DNA of 53,699 nucleotides. Origin: Prorocentrum cordatum. Lineage: Eukaryota. The translations under genes were made by a program, and so were the position numbers. Shown piece by piece: positions 23,748-34,200 of this stretch. Below the pieces are notes generated by a model. That model made no database searches, was not told the DNA's origin, and saw only the letters and a list, made by a program, of their open reading frames with translations. The stretch covers positions 62,001 through 115,699 of the forward strand of contig CAUYUJ010000297.1 in assembly GCA_963575745.1 (NCBI GenBank), given 5' to 3'. Each line of letters opens with the position of its first letter. Within the stretch, counting starts at the first letter, position 1.

Positions 23748-24056
23748 ATCAAGGCCATGCTCAAGAAGAGGAGGGCCGAGGCGGAGCCAGAGGGCAGGCC
23801 CAAGGCGAAGGCGAAGGCGAAGGCCGGGGCGAGTCTTGCCGGGAAGAAGGTTGTCTTTACAGGGACCCTGTCGACGCCGCGTGCCACCGCCACGTCGGCT
23901 GCTCAAGCGGCGGGGGCAACGGTGCTCAGCGCGGTATCTGGCAACATGGACGTGCTGGTCGCTGGCCCGGGTGCCGGCGCGAAGATGCAGAAGGCAGAAG
24001 ATCTTGGCAAAGAGGTGTGGGATGAAGACAAGTTCAAAGCTGCGGTGGGGCTCTGA
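23748..24056 (+). CDS. Terminal exon, or a stand-alone gene from ATG 23757: BRCT domain (LAGKKVVFTGTLSTPRATATSAAQAAGATVLSAVSGNMDVLVAGPGAGAKMQKAEDLGKEVWDEDKF)
   Basis: Matches the BRCT pattern of NAD-dependent DNA ligase/RFC1/PARP types (GKxxVFTG, GA.V..SVS..TDxLV.G..AG.K..KA..LG..V..E..F). TGA at 24054-24056 is followed by lower-GC, UTR-like sequence. Confidence 0.9.
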   Translation: MKAMLKKRRAEAEPEGRPKAKAKAKAGASLAGKKVVFTGTLSTPRATATSAAQAAGATVLSAVSGNMDVLVAGPGAGAKMQKAEDLGKEVWDEDKFKAAVGL

Positions 24057-24823
24057 GGCTCTGAGGCGCATCGTTAGCACGTGAGGCATGTAGCGCATTG
24101 ATTCTTGACATGCGAGCCCGTGTTTCCGGAGCTGGAGGGCAGTCTTCATGGTCATTGCATTTTGGTTAGTTGACCCAGTTTCTTGATCGTTGTTTCTATT
24201 GCCCTCTGCTGGAGTTGGTTGACGTGCTCATAGCGTGGGGTTTTCCTCTGGTCCCTGCGAAAGGCACTCAGGGCCTGCCCCTGCCTTGCGAAGCATGAAG
24301 TGTACATGTCTCTGAACAGATGCATGGGGGTGGGCAGTCGCAGCGTTTGCAACAAGTGCTGCGAGTCGTTCTTGTAGGTTTTAGCCCATGTCCTACTTTC
24401 ACCATTCGTCGGGGTGCGGCTATCAGCGGACAGACACCACTGGCGGTCATCTGCTTTCAAACAATGCCCCCCCTGCTATCTGCCCACTGTCTGCTGCTGC
24501 TCCTCTTTCCGTCCTCCTTTCTGTTCCTCCGTCCTCGCTATCTGCTGCTTCCTCCGCCTCTTCCTTCCCCTCCTCTTTCTCCAACCTCCCCCTCCTCCCC
24601 CTCCTTCCCCTCTCCCTTCAACCTCTCTCCAACCAACTCCTCCTCCTTCTCCTCCTCCTCCTCCTCCTCCTCCTCCTCCTCCTCCTGCGGGCGATTGGCC
24701 CAGATAGCCGTTCAGAAGGCAGGAGGCCCTCCAAGCCTTAGGCCCCAGACCCCCGACTCCGCGACCTTTTCCCAGCTTGGGCCCCAGGAGGCCTGGACCA
24801 GTGGTGTGCCCCGCGTGTTTATT

Positions 24824-24824
24824 T

Positions 24825-24903
<79 letters not shown>

Positions 24904-24905
24904 GG

Positions 24906-24952
<47 letters not shown>

Positions 24953-25101
24953 GCTGCTGTTGTTGCTGCTGCTGCTACTGTTGTTGTTGTTGTTGTTATT
25001 GTTGTTGTTGTTGTTGTTGTTGTGGTTGTTGTTGTGGTTGTTGTCGTTGTTGTTGTTGTTGTTGTGGTTGTTGTTGTTGTTGCTGTTGCTGCTGCTGCTG
25101 C

Positions 25102-25134
<33 letters not shown>

Positions 25135-25158
25135 AGTTGCTGCTGCTGCTGCTGCTGC

Positions 25159-25199
<41 letters not shown>

Positions 25200-25230
25200 T
25201 TTTTGTTGTGTGTGTGTGTGTGTGTGTGTG
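24824..25230. repeat. (GTT)n/(GCT)n followed by (TG)n microsatellite
   Basis: Direct inspection. Confidence 0.95.
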
Positions 25231-25784
25231 GCTCCGGCCTTCTGAAAGGCTTTCTGGGCCTTCTCCGAGGACGCCAGGAGGCCTCTCGGAAGGCCCCCAA
25301 AGGGGCTTCCGAGGAGCCCCGCCGCCCTCTGCGGATGCCCCGGCCCCCCCTCGCACACGCGGCCCCCTGGAGGTGGCCCCTAACCCTAATAACACGATGG
25401 AGATCAGGAGGGGGAAAAACACACACACACACAGACACAATTCATCGTCGATCCCCCAGAAAATATGGGAAAATATGGGAAGTGGGGGGAAAGACAGAAA
25501 CCCAGAAAATATGGGAATCCTGTTATTTGTGTCCATTGATTTGTGTGCCCCAGGGCCCCTTCAGAAGAGGTGGCCTCACGGAGGTCCCCGTTTTCGCATT
25601 GGGGATAAGAATTCTGGGGGGTTTGGTTCGGTGCACCTGCAGAAAAGACCCCCTGATTCCTGATGTTTTAACCCGCCCAACTCAGGTCCCCCCCCGAAGG
25701 GTTATGAGCCCTCTTTGGGTGAATCACCCCTGGGCGCGCCTCCGAATTCTGGCCTTTCGCCCTCCGGGCGTCCCTCGTCGGCAG

Positions 25785-25850
25785 GCGTCCTTCGAGAGGC
25801 GGACGGCCGAGGTCGCCTCCCAGGTCGAGGAGTCCGCGCGGGCGCTGGAG
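25785..25850 (+). CDS. Phase-0 coiled-coil exon (ASFERRTAEVASQVEESARALE)
   Basis: cag| acceptor, GAG|gc donor, 66 nt, GC3-rich. Confidence 0.7.
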
Positions 25851-26809
25851 GCCAGCCGTCGCCGCGGCCACGTCGGGAGCGCGCCGCGTCGGGCCGCGAC
25901 GGCCAGAGCCTGCGGCGCATCTGCGCGGGAGGTTGGGCTCTCGACCTGGCCCACGTCTCCCCGCTCCTCCCCCCCTGCTCGGCTCTGTTTCCACTCGTTC
26001 AGGGCTCCGCCCCCGGGGACGACCGGAGACGGTCTCTGCCTCCTCCCACTCCACCCGTCCCCTTGCAGGAAGGGTGGTGCCGTACGCGGGCGGCTCGGCG
26101 CTCCCTGTCCCTCCTTGGTCTCATCCCGCCTCGTGCTCCTCCTCCGTCCCTCCCCTCATCCTCCTCCCTCCTTGTACTCCCCCTCTGCTCTCTATCCTCC
26201 CGCCCCTCCCACTACTCCCTCCCAGTCCTCCCCGTCCTCTTCCTCCCCGTGTCCTACCGTCGCCCGCCCCCGTCGCCTGGCCCCTTCTCCCCTCCCCGAC
26301 CCCCCCTCCGCCGGTCTTCTGGCAGCGGGCGCTCCCTTCATAGAGTTGTGGCCGCCGCCAATCGTTGAACAGGACCACCAGCTCGAGGCTCTGTGGCGCA
26401 TCGGTCTACGCCTTCGCCGCCCTCCTGCACCCCTGGCGGCGAGCAGGTGAAGGGGGCCTGCTTGTGTGCGAGGGCGGTGCGGGGCGGGGCCGCTCTCGGG
26501 ACGCTGGAGTCCTGGGTGCTGTCGGGCGGGGCTAGGGCAGGAGCGCTCTCAGAGCGTTCTGGACTGAGAAGGCCGCGGCGCCGGACACTTTTTCCAGAGC
26601 CACCGAGGCATAGATCCCCGATTTGTCTCTTTCCGATTTTGTCCCTGCCACGGCCTCGTCTTCTGTTGCACGGGGGCTGCACCGCCCGCTGGCCCTTGTC
26701 GTTTTAATGGCGGCGCGCACGACACGGTGGGGCGAGTCAGGGGTGTCCGCGGTTCGGTTGGCTCTATTCGTTTGGTCGGCTGTGTCGTTGCTGCGTCGCT
26801 GCGCCCTTC

Positions 26810-26974
26810 TCGGGGTTGCTAAAGGTGCCCCTGTCCCAAGGTGCCCCCAGCTTCTCGCTCCACTTTGGAGCCACTGGGCCATCTGGGCCTCGTGAGGGGT
26901 GCTCTGGAGGCCGTGTGGGCCTCCTCGAACATCCTGGGGGCACCTTGGGCCAGGGGCACTTCTAGCAACCCCGA
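26810..26974. mobile_element. MITE with ~40-bp TIRs (TCGGGGTTGCTA...TAGCAACCCCGA) and 5-bp TSD CCTTC
   Basis: Near-perfect TIRs; CCTTC at 26805-26809 and 26975-26979. Confidence 0.9.
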
Positions 26975-27729
26975 CCTTCGGAGCTGCTCGCGGCCTGCCG
27001 GTTTCATCGACGGCTCGGTCGGTTTTCGGTTGTGCTGTCGCCGTGGACGGTCCTCGGCGAGTGCAAGGCTGGGGCCTTCTCCGAAACCGTCCCGCCTTCT
27101 TCTCCTCCTCCTCCTCCTCCTCCTCCTCCTGCTCCTCCTCCTCCTCCTGCTCCCCCTCCCTTTCCTCCTCCCTCTCCTCCCTTTCCTCCTCCCTTTCCTC
27201 CTCCTCCCTTTCCTCCTCCTCCCTTTCCTCCTCCCTTTCCTCCTCTTCCTCCTCCTCCTCCTCCTCCTCCTCCTCCTCCTCCTCCTCCTCCTACGAGGTC
27301 TTCGTGGGGGACTCCAGGTCTTGCAGAAGGCTCGTGCCGTCCTCGGAGGCCCCTCCCTCGTCGCTCCACCCCGCGACCAAAGTCTGCTCGAAACGGGTTC
27401 CTTTCCGAGGACATCCTCGTGCGGCGCGGAACAAAAAAGTCCGCACGACGGCTCCATAAGCTATGGGTCGACGCTCGCGCGACGACGCTCCAGAGTCAGC
27501 CCGACGTAAATCCGACGTAGTCCCGACGTCGTCCGACGTGAACCCGACGTAAGTCCGACGTGGATCCGACGTAGATCGGGACCCAAGTTGCCGCGCGAGG
27601 CCTCCAGGATTTCCCTCATGAGCTTCTTTGACCCCTCCCTGGGACCATCCTTGCCAGCTTTTAGAGCCTCGTCCAGCCGTGGCGACGAGAACGGCCAGAA
27701 ACGCCCGAAACCTTTCAAACTATGCCACT

Positions 27730-27897
27730 GTCGCCGTCGCCGTCGCCATCGATCACCGCCGTCATCGTTGTCGCCGCCATCGTCGTCCGCTCGTCGTCGC
27801 TCGTCGTCGCTCGTCGTCGCTCGCCGTCGCCGCTCGCCGTCGCCGCTCGCCGCTTGCCGTCGCCGTTGCATCGTCGTCGTCGTCGTCGTCGGCGGCG

Positions 27898-27953
<56 letters not shown>

Positions 27954-28046
27954 CGCTCGTCGCCGTCGGCGGCGCTTCGCCGCTCGGCCGTCGTCGTCGT
28001 CGTTCGCTCGTCGCCGTCGTCGTCCGCTCGTCGCCGTCGTCGTCCG

Positions 28047-28085
<39 letters not shown>

Positions 28086-28328
28086 CGCTCGTCGCTCGTC
28101 GCCGGCCCGCCGCCCGCACGACGGGGCCCCTGGCAGCAGGCGCGGCTGCGGGAGGCCGACGGCGGCCTGCGGGCCGCGCTCGAGGCGGCGGACCAGCGGT
28201 CGCGGGAGGCCCGCGGGGAGCTGCGCGGCGCCCTGGAGGCGCCTCGCCGCCGCCGCCGCCGTCGCCGTTCGTCGTCGTCGTCGTCGCCGTTCGTCGTCGT
28301 CGTCGCCGTTCGTCGTCGTCGTCGCCGT

Positions 28329-28374
<46 letters not shown>

Positions 28375-28390
28375 TCGTCGTCGTCGTCCG
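27730..28390. repeat. Degenerate (GTC)n field surrounding an exon; a similar field lies at 41325-41895
   Basis: Direct inspection. Confidence 0.9.
28140..28238 (+). CDS. Phase-0 coiled-coil exon (ARLREADGGLRAALEAADQRSREARGELRGALE)
   Basis: cag| acceptor, GAG|gc donor, 99 nt, GC3-rich; embedded in a (GTC)n tract. Confidence 0.75.
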
Positions 28391-31016
28391 CCTCCTCCTT
28401 CCTCTCTGACAGCGTTTGGGCGACGCTCGTCTGTCCTGTCAGGAGCCGCTGCCGCGAGCTCGGGTGCGGCTCCGTCGGGCACTTGGCGAAGCCGTAAAAA
28501 GCGGCTTGTCGCAGGCCTGGAGGTTGACTTCAACACCAGTATCGGCGGTGTGCCTCCACCGAGGGAAGAGGATCCCGATCCCGGTGGTGGTGGTCACACT
28601 CTGGCTTCCAAGGTGACCGTCGTATTACCATCAACACCGAAATCTAGGATAATATTCCCCCCTGTGGAGGGAACCCCCTGTGTTGGTGCTGGTGCTCATT
28701 TCCAGGCCTCCAAGCTTGGGGCCGTGTCGGGGCGCATGTGGCGGTGGTCGTCGCCAAAGGGGGTCAGACGAGTCCCTACCCAGACATACTCACGCCGTGA
28801 AAAAAGACGCGACCGCTCTGTGGGCCATCGCCGGGCCCCGGGACCGTCAAAAACGGCGCAGGATGAACCATCAGCCCCAGGGAAAGAGCCGGGGATTTTG
28901 GGGATCGCACGTTGACAAAATCAATGTGCCACATGCCTGGGTCCGGTCTTTTCTGGCCTCGGGCTGACCCGAAGTTGGCAGCCATGTGGAGCGGACCCCC
29001 CTTTCCCCTCCGCGTGCGCGGATGATTGGTCTGGTTTGGCAGCCACCACGCGGCCGGCCAAGGCTCGCGACACGGCCTTGGCTGGCCCGGGTCAACGCGT
29101 CCCCGACCAGCATTTTTCCAGCCTCTAGCCATTTGTTCCTGAGGCTTTTCCAGCCCTAACGGCCTCGTCTCAGTTGTCTCGGGTACGCTCCAGCCCCGGC
29201 CAGTTTTTCCCCGCCCTGGCCAATTCAACTTTTGGAGGTCCAACTCCATTTTTCCAGCTTCCCTGTATTGCGAGGTGCATGGCATTGCGCTTGATCGACC
29301 GGGCGATCGACGGCTTTCTGCGTGCGGGACAGTGCGGTCGGTTCTCGTTTCGGGCCCGCCCTATTGGGATCACCTCCTCGTCGCGGTCCATCTTTCTTCT
29401 CCGATGCTCTCTGCCGTGCTGCTCAAAGGTAGATCCGCTATTTAGAGCAGGGGCGCGTTCCTCGCCCGAGGGCAGATCAGAAACTGGATCGCCCGTGCCC
29501 GCTCGCAGTCTCCGGCCGCTCCGCAGTGCGGGGGCCCCTCGGGAATAGGACCCGGCAGGAGGAGGGCCCACATGTGTTCGGTAGCAAATCGTAGCTACTC
29601 GCAAAGCCGTCTTTGGAGAGCATGAGCGTGCGCTTGCGTGTGATGTGGATGAACAGGCGTTGATTTAGCAGCGTCGTTGTGCGTCGATTCAGCAAGCGTC
29701 GATTTAGCGGCGGTCAGCGTCAATTCGCAAGAGCCAGCAGAACCCAACGGGAGCTCCCTCCCCCCCGTCCTTCAGGGCTCAAGGCTAACTCCCCAGACAT
29801 GCTCGCGACGGACGACATGAGGTTTTTGGCCATTTTCGGTCTCCGAGGGCCATCGCTGAGCCTCGGGACCGTCAAACAACTGCAAAGGATGAATAATCGG
29901 CCCTAGGGAACGGGTTGGGATTCCGGGGACCGCGTGTTGAGAAAATGAAGGCATCACATGTCTGGGTCCTCCCCGCCGCGCCCCACCTCATCGTCGCGGA
30001 CCTGAACGGGTGTGACGGTCGAGCCCGTGACCATCGAGCTCTTGCGTGCACGTTTTTTTCCTGGGAGGGCCCTGGAGAGGTCGGCCGGCTCCCGGGCCAC
30101 CCGAGCTGGGAGGGAGGGAAGGGGAGGGAGGAAGGAGGGATGGAGGGGGAAGGAGAAGGGTGGATGGGGGGAAGGAGGAGGAGGAGGAGGAGGAGGAGAG
30201 GGGAGGAGGGCCGAGGAGGCCAGTGAGGGAGGAGGGGGAGGAGGAGGAGGAGGAGGAGGAGGAGGAGGACGAGGAGGAGGAGGAGGACGAGCGTAAACCT
30301 CATTTGCATCAGCGATACTGCAATACACGTTTCCGTCCCAAGTCTCATCGTAAGTCCTTGCAAACATTCCTTTTTCATTGCTAGAAGGGCCCCCTTGAAA
30401 CATGAGCACCCTATGGGTCCTCCATTCAGGCGAGAGTCATGTTTTGGAGCGGAATTGTCCTGCATCCTTCTAGCGCGTAATCAGGAATTCGAAAAGGTAT
30501 GGTCATCCAGTCCTACGCACTGTCCAAAGAGATCCCATTTTGAGCAATGACCGCCTCCCATCCCCATCCGTGCAATTGTTGCAACATTTTCTGGTGGTAG
30601 AGCTGAACGAGGTCTCATGCGAGAGCCCCATTTTGAAAAGGAGCCGTTCTCCATCGGTGTAACTTGCAAACTTCAGGACGGTTATGCGCTGCGCTAAGGC
30701 GATAGCTCCATGTCGAAATCGACCCCACTCCATCCTTGTAATTGTTGCAAGCTGTTGAGACGAATGTGCGCTGCGCTATGGCGAGAGCTTCATTTTGACC
30801 CCCCACTGCATCTGGGTAGCTTTTGGGAACTTCAAGCCCCAGGATCATAATCGACGAGGAAGTGAAGTCTCAGGAGACAGCAAGGAGTTACATATAAGGC
30901 AATGAGATGTCTGATGCAGCGAACTATACACCAACACCGATTTTGGAAATCTCGATCTTAGGCCCAGGATCGGCTTGCCGCTGCCCTCCCTCCTCTCCAC
31001 ACGGCCGCGCTTGGAG

Positions 31017-31070
31017 GATGCGGGGGCCAGACACGACGCTGGCCTGGCGGAGCTGAGGTCCCTCGTCGAG
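31017..31070 (+). CDS. Phase-0 coiled-coil exon, copy A (DAGARHDAGLAELRSLVE)
   Basis: ag| acceptor, GAG|gc donor, 54 nt; paralogous to 41225-41278. Confidence 0.65.
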
Positions 31071-31214
31071 GCCGAGGGAAGGGGGGGTCCTCCTCTTGCT
31101 CCTCCTCCTCCCCTCCCCCCTCCTCCTCACCTCCTCCTCGCTCCCCCTGCTCGCCGTCCTCCTCCTCCTCCTCCTTCTCCTCCTCCTCCCCTCCTCTTCC
31201 TCCTCCTCCTCCGC

Positions 31215-34200
31215 ACCAGTGGCTCATGGCGGTCGAGAAGCGCGCCAGCCAGGCACACGAGAAGGCCGCCACCTCGGAGCAGAACACATTCATCTGGCTC
31301 GACGAATGCCTGCAGCGGAGCTCCGCCGCCGCCGAAGCGCTCGCCAGGGCCAAGAAAGAGGTCAGCGACACGCTCGCCATCATGAGCCGCGAACGGGGCA
31401 AAGCCTGTCCCGCATCCGTCCCAGTGCCAGCGTTCAACCTCACCAAGCTCTTGGCAGAGGACCTGGACCAGCTGGACTACGAAGAGGGTGAGGCTTTCTC
31501 CACCGAGGGCCTCGAGCTGGACGACGATGAGAAGAAGCAGTGGGAGTCCCGCAAGGCCGCCTTCGCCGAGGAGCTCAAGGCAGCCGCCAGACAGGCGTTC
31601 GGGGCCACCGCCGAGGAGCTGCAGCGCAGGCGCCGCGAGCTGGACGAGCTGCGGGCCCGCCTCCAGGCCTCGCGTCGCCGCATATCGGCGGAGGCCGATG
31701 CGCAGCCCCCCAGCCCCAGCTACCCCCGACGGTGCTGCCGCCCCTCACCCTGGAGAGACTGCCGTTCCCCAGGCTGCGCAGCCAGCATCGTCAGGGGTGG
31801 GGGCCGTGGGCTCTGCGAGCGGTGCTGATCAGGAAGGATGCTGGCGGCGATGCTGCTGGGTTGGCCCGCCAGGCGCGGCAGCGTGCGGCTGCCGCCGCAG
31901 CAGCCACGCAACCAGGCCCCACGTCAGGCTCCTAGCCACGCGTGCTGTCATGCCAGAGGCGGTGCGAGGGGGCGCTGCGGGACCAAGCCCCATCAGAAGC
32001 CAGGATTGCAGTTTGTTGGGCTCAGCGTTAATGCTTGGTCTACGACCATCGACTACATAGACGAGGCACCGGACCTGGTGCCATACCAGGTTTTCTTTTT
32101 GTAGGGGCTGCGCCTGTCCGCCGACTGGAGCCAGGAGGTGGAGGCAACATGCTACAAGATGAACCTGATAGCCGCCTTCGCCTCATCCAGAGGGACCTGG
32201 CGGAGGGCACAGTGCAGGAGTGGGGCTTCTGGCCCCAAGGAACATCGGCATCGCCATCTTGGACGGCAAGAGCGGCTACGACTGCTCACCACCAGGTCTG
32301 GCTGGAAGGATCGCCGCTGGGTGGACCCCAGCAGGCCAGAGAGCAGCATGCGTGTTCATCTCGGCGTACTTCTGGACCAAAGAAGGATGGACCATGCGTG
32401 GCTTGTCGCTGTTGGATGATATCGGCGGTATACCATGGGTCCTGCAAGCAGATTTCAATTGCATTATCACCTCTCTCGAATACACGGTGGCTGGAGGATG
32501 TTGCTGGGGTGCTCGTTGACCAGGTCGCGTGCGCGGGCGTGGGCGGAGGAAGGACGATCGATCCGTAAGGGCTTCGCCCCTTGCTGCCGGCCCCCTCTTT
32601 CGGATAATGTGCTATGCAAGAGCTATGTGATGAGGCCTGGGCGCTGTCGTGAAGCAGTATCAGACTTGATGCGAGGCCGACTCGTAATGGGCAAAATCAA
32701 TAGATGACCAGGTTACCACACATGGCGATTGGTAAGACGTCGTGACCCTGACGAGCTGCGTGAGGGGTACCGCTGAATATCAGAAATGTGGCAAATCCCT
32801 GGTGTTTTTGGACCCTGGCCCCGCCGATTTGCGTGAGGGGTGCCGCCGGATTTCAGAAATGTGGCAAATCCCATGTGTTTTTGGACCCTGACCCCGCCGA
32901 TCTGCGTGAGGGGTGCCAGCGAATTTCAGAAATGTGGCAAATCCTTTTTGCACCCTGGCCCCGCCGATCTGCGTGAGGGGTGCCACCGAATGTCAGACAT
33001 GTAACACATCTTTTGCGCCTTTGGACCCCGGCCCCGCCGATCTGCGTGAGGGGTGCCAGCAAATTTCAAACATGTGGCAAATCCCTTGCGTTTTTGGACC
33101 CTGGCCCCGCCGATCTGCGTGAGGGGTGCCAGCAAATGTCAAACGTGTGGCAAATCCTTTTTGTTTTTGGGCCCTGGCCCCGCCGATCTGCGCGAGGGGT
33201 GCCGCCGAATTTCAGAAATGTGGGAAATCCTTTCTGTGTTTTTGGACCCTGGCTCCGCCGATTTGCGTGGGGGGGGGCTACAACGTGTCAGAAATGTGGC
33301 GCATCGTTTTGTGTTTTGGACCCCGACCCCGCCGATCTGCGTGAGGGGTGCCAGCGAATTTCCGAAATGTGGCAAATCCTTTTTATGTTTTTGGACCCTG
33401 GCCCCGCCGACCTGCTTGAGGGGTTCCACCGGATTTCAGAAATGTGGCATAGCCTTTGTGTTGTTGGACCCTGGCCCCGCCGATCCGCGTGAGTGGTGTT
33501 AGTTTGTACCCCCTTCAGAAATTTTGAGTAACCACCCATGGCGTTGTAAAAATGACCGTTTTGGGCCTTCCCCCCATCGCGCGGCCCATCGACAAGGAAC
33601 AGTGGGCAGCAGGAAGTCAACAACAAACAGTAAGCAGCAATAAGCAGAACTCTTACAGTGGAAACTGGAAGCTGCAACTGGTACAGGAAACTGCGAAGCT
33701 AAGGCTAACAGCCTGGTGGCCCCACAAGGGGGCCGGTGGATTTCCTCGTCGCCGATCGCACCGTCGCCTCCTCCTTCTCGCGCGCCTCAGTGCTGGGCAG
33801 CTCGACGTGCCGCCGTTCGCCGGTCCAGCTCGCTCTCGAGTCGGAAATTCCAGCCGCGCACGGAGGGAGGTTAACCAGGCCTAAGTCGTTTTCCCATGGA
33901 CTTGCCCAGTAGATTTCGTAAGCAGCCACCTGGCTGGCCAGAGTTTGGATTTGACAATCAGTAGAAAGACGAACATATGTTCGATGCATGGAAGATTTTC
34001 TTACGGCAGGCGGAGTCGGAGTTGGTCGATTTGTGTCAGTTGCAGCACCCTGAGGACTACTGCGGACGGGAGGGCCGCCCTCGTTGGATCCGCCCGCCTG
34101 TTGCTGGGCCGCGGCCGCGCGGCCGACCCAGGTGTGCCGCCCCCTCGCGCTGGTGGGGGTGGGTTGCGTCGCGGACCAGCGACGTGGTTTGAATTGCACG

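Noticed and set aside
26335..26540. Possible micro-exon (DHQLE, 26373-26387) or pseudogene fragment (VYAFAALLH...EQVKGACL)
   Set aside because: Too short or frameshifted, with no recognisable family.
29123..29143. Relic dinoflagellate spliced leader (TAGCCATTT core)
   Set aside because: Only about 13/21 identity to CCGTAGCCATTTTGGCTCAAG and no credible CDS downstream.
31226..31828. Additional exon of the coiled-coil host gene
   Set aside because: It lies directly upstream of APE and RT remnants, in the ORF1 position of the LINE, and decays by frameshift.
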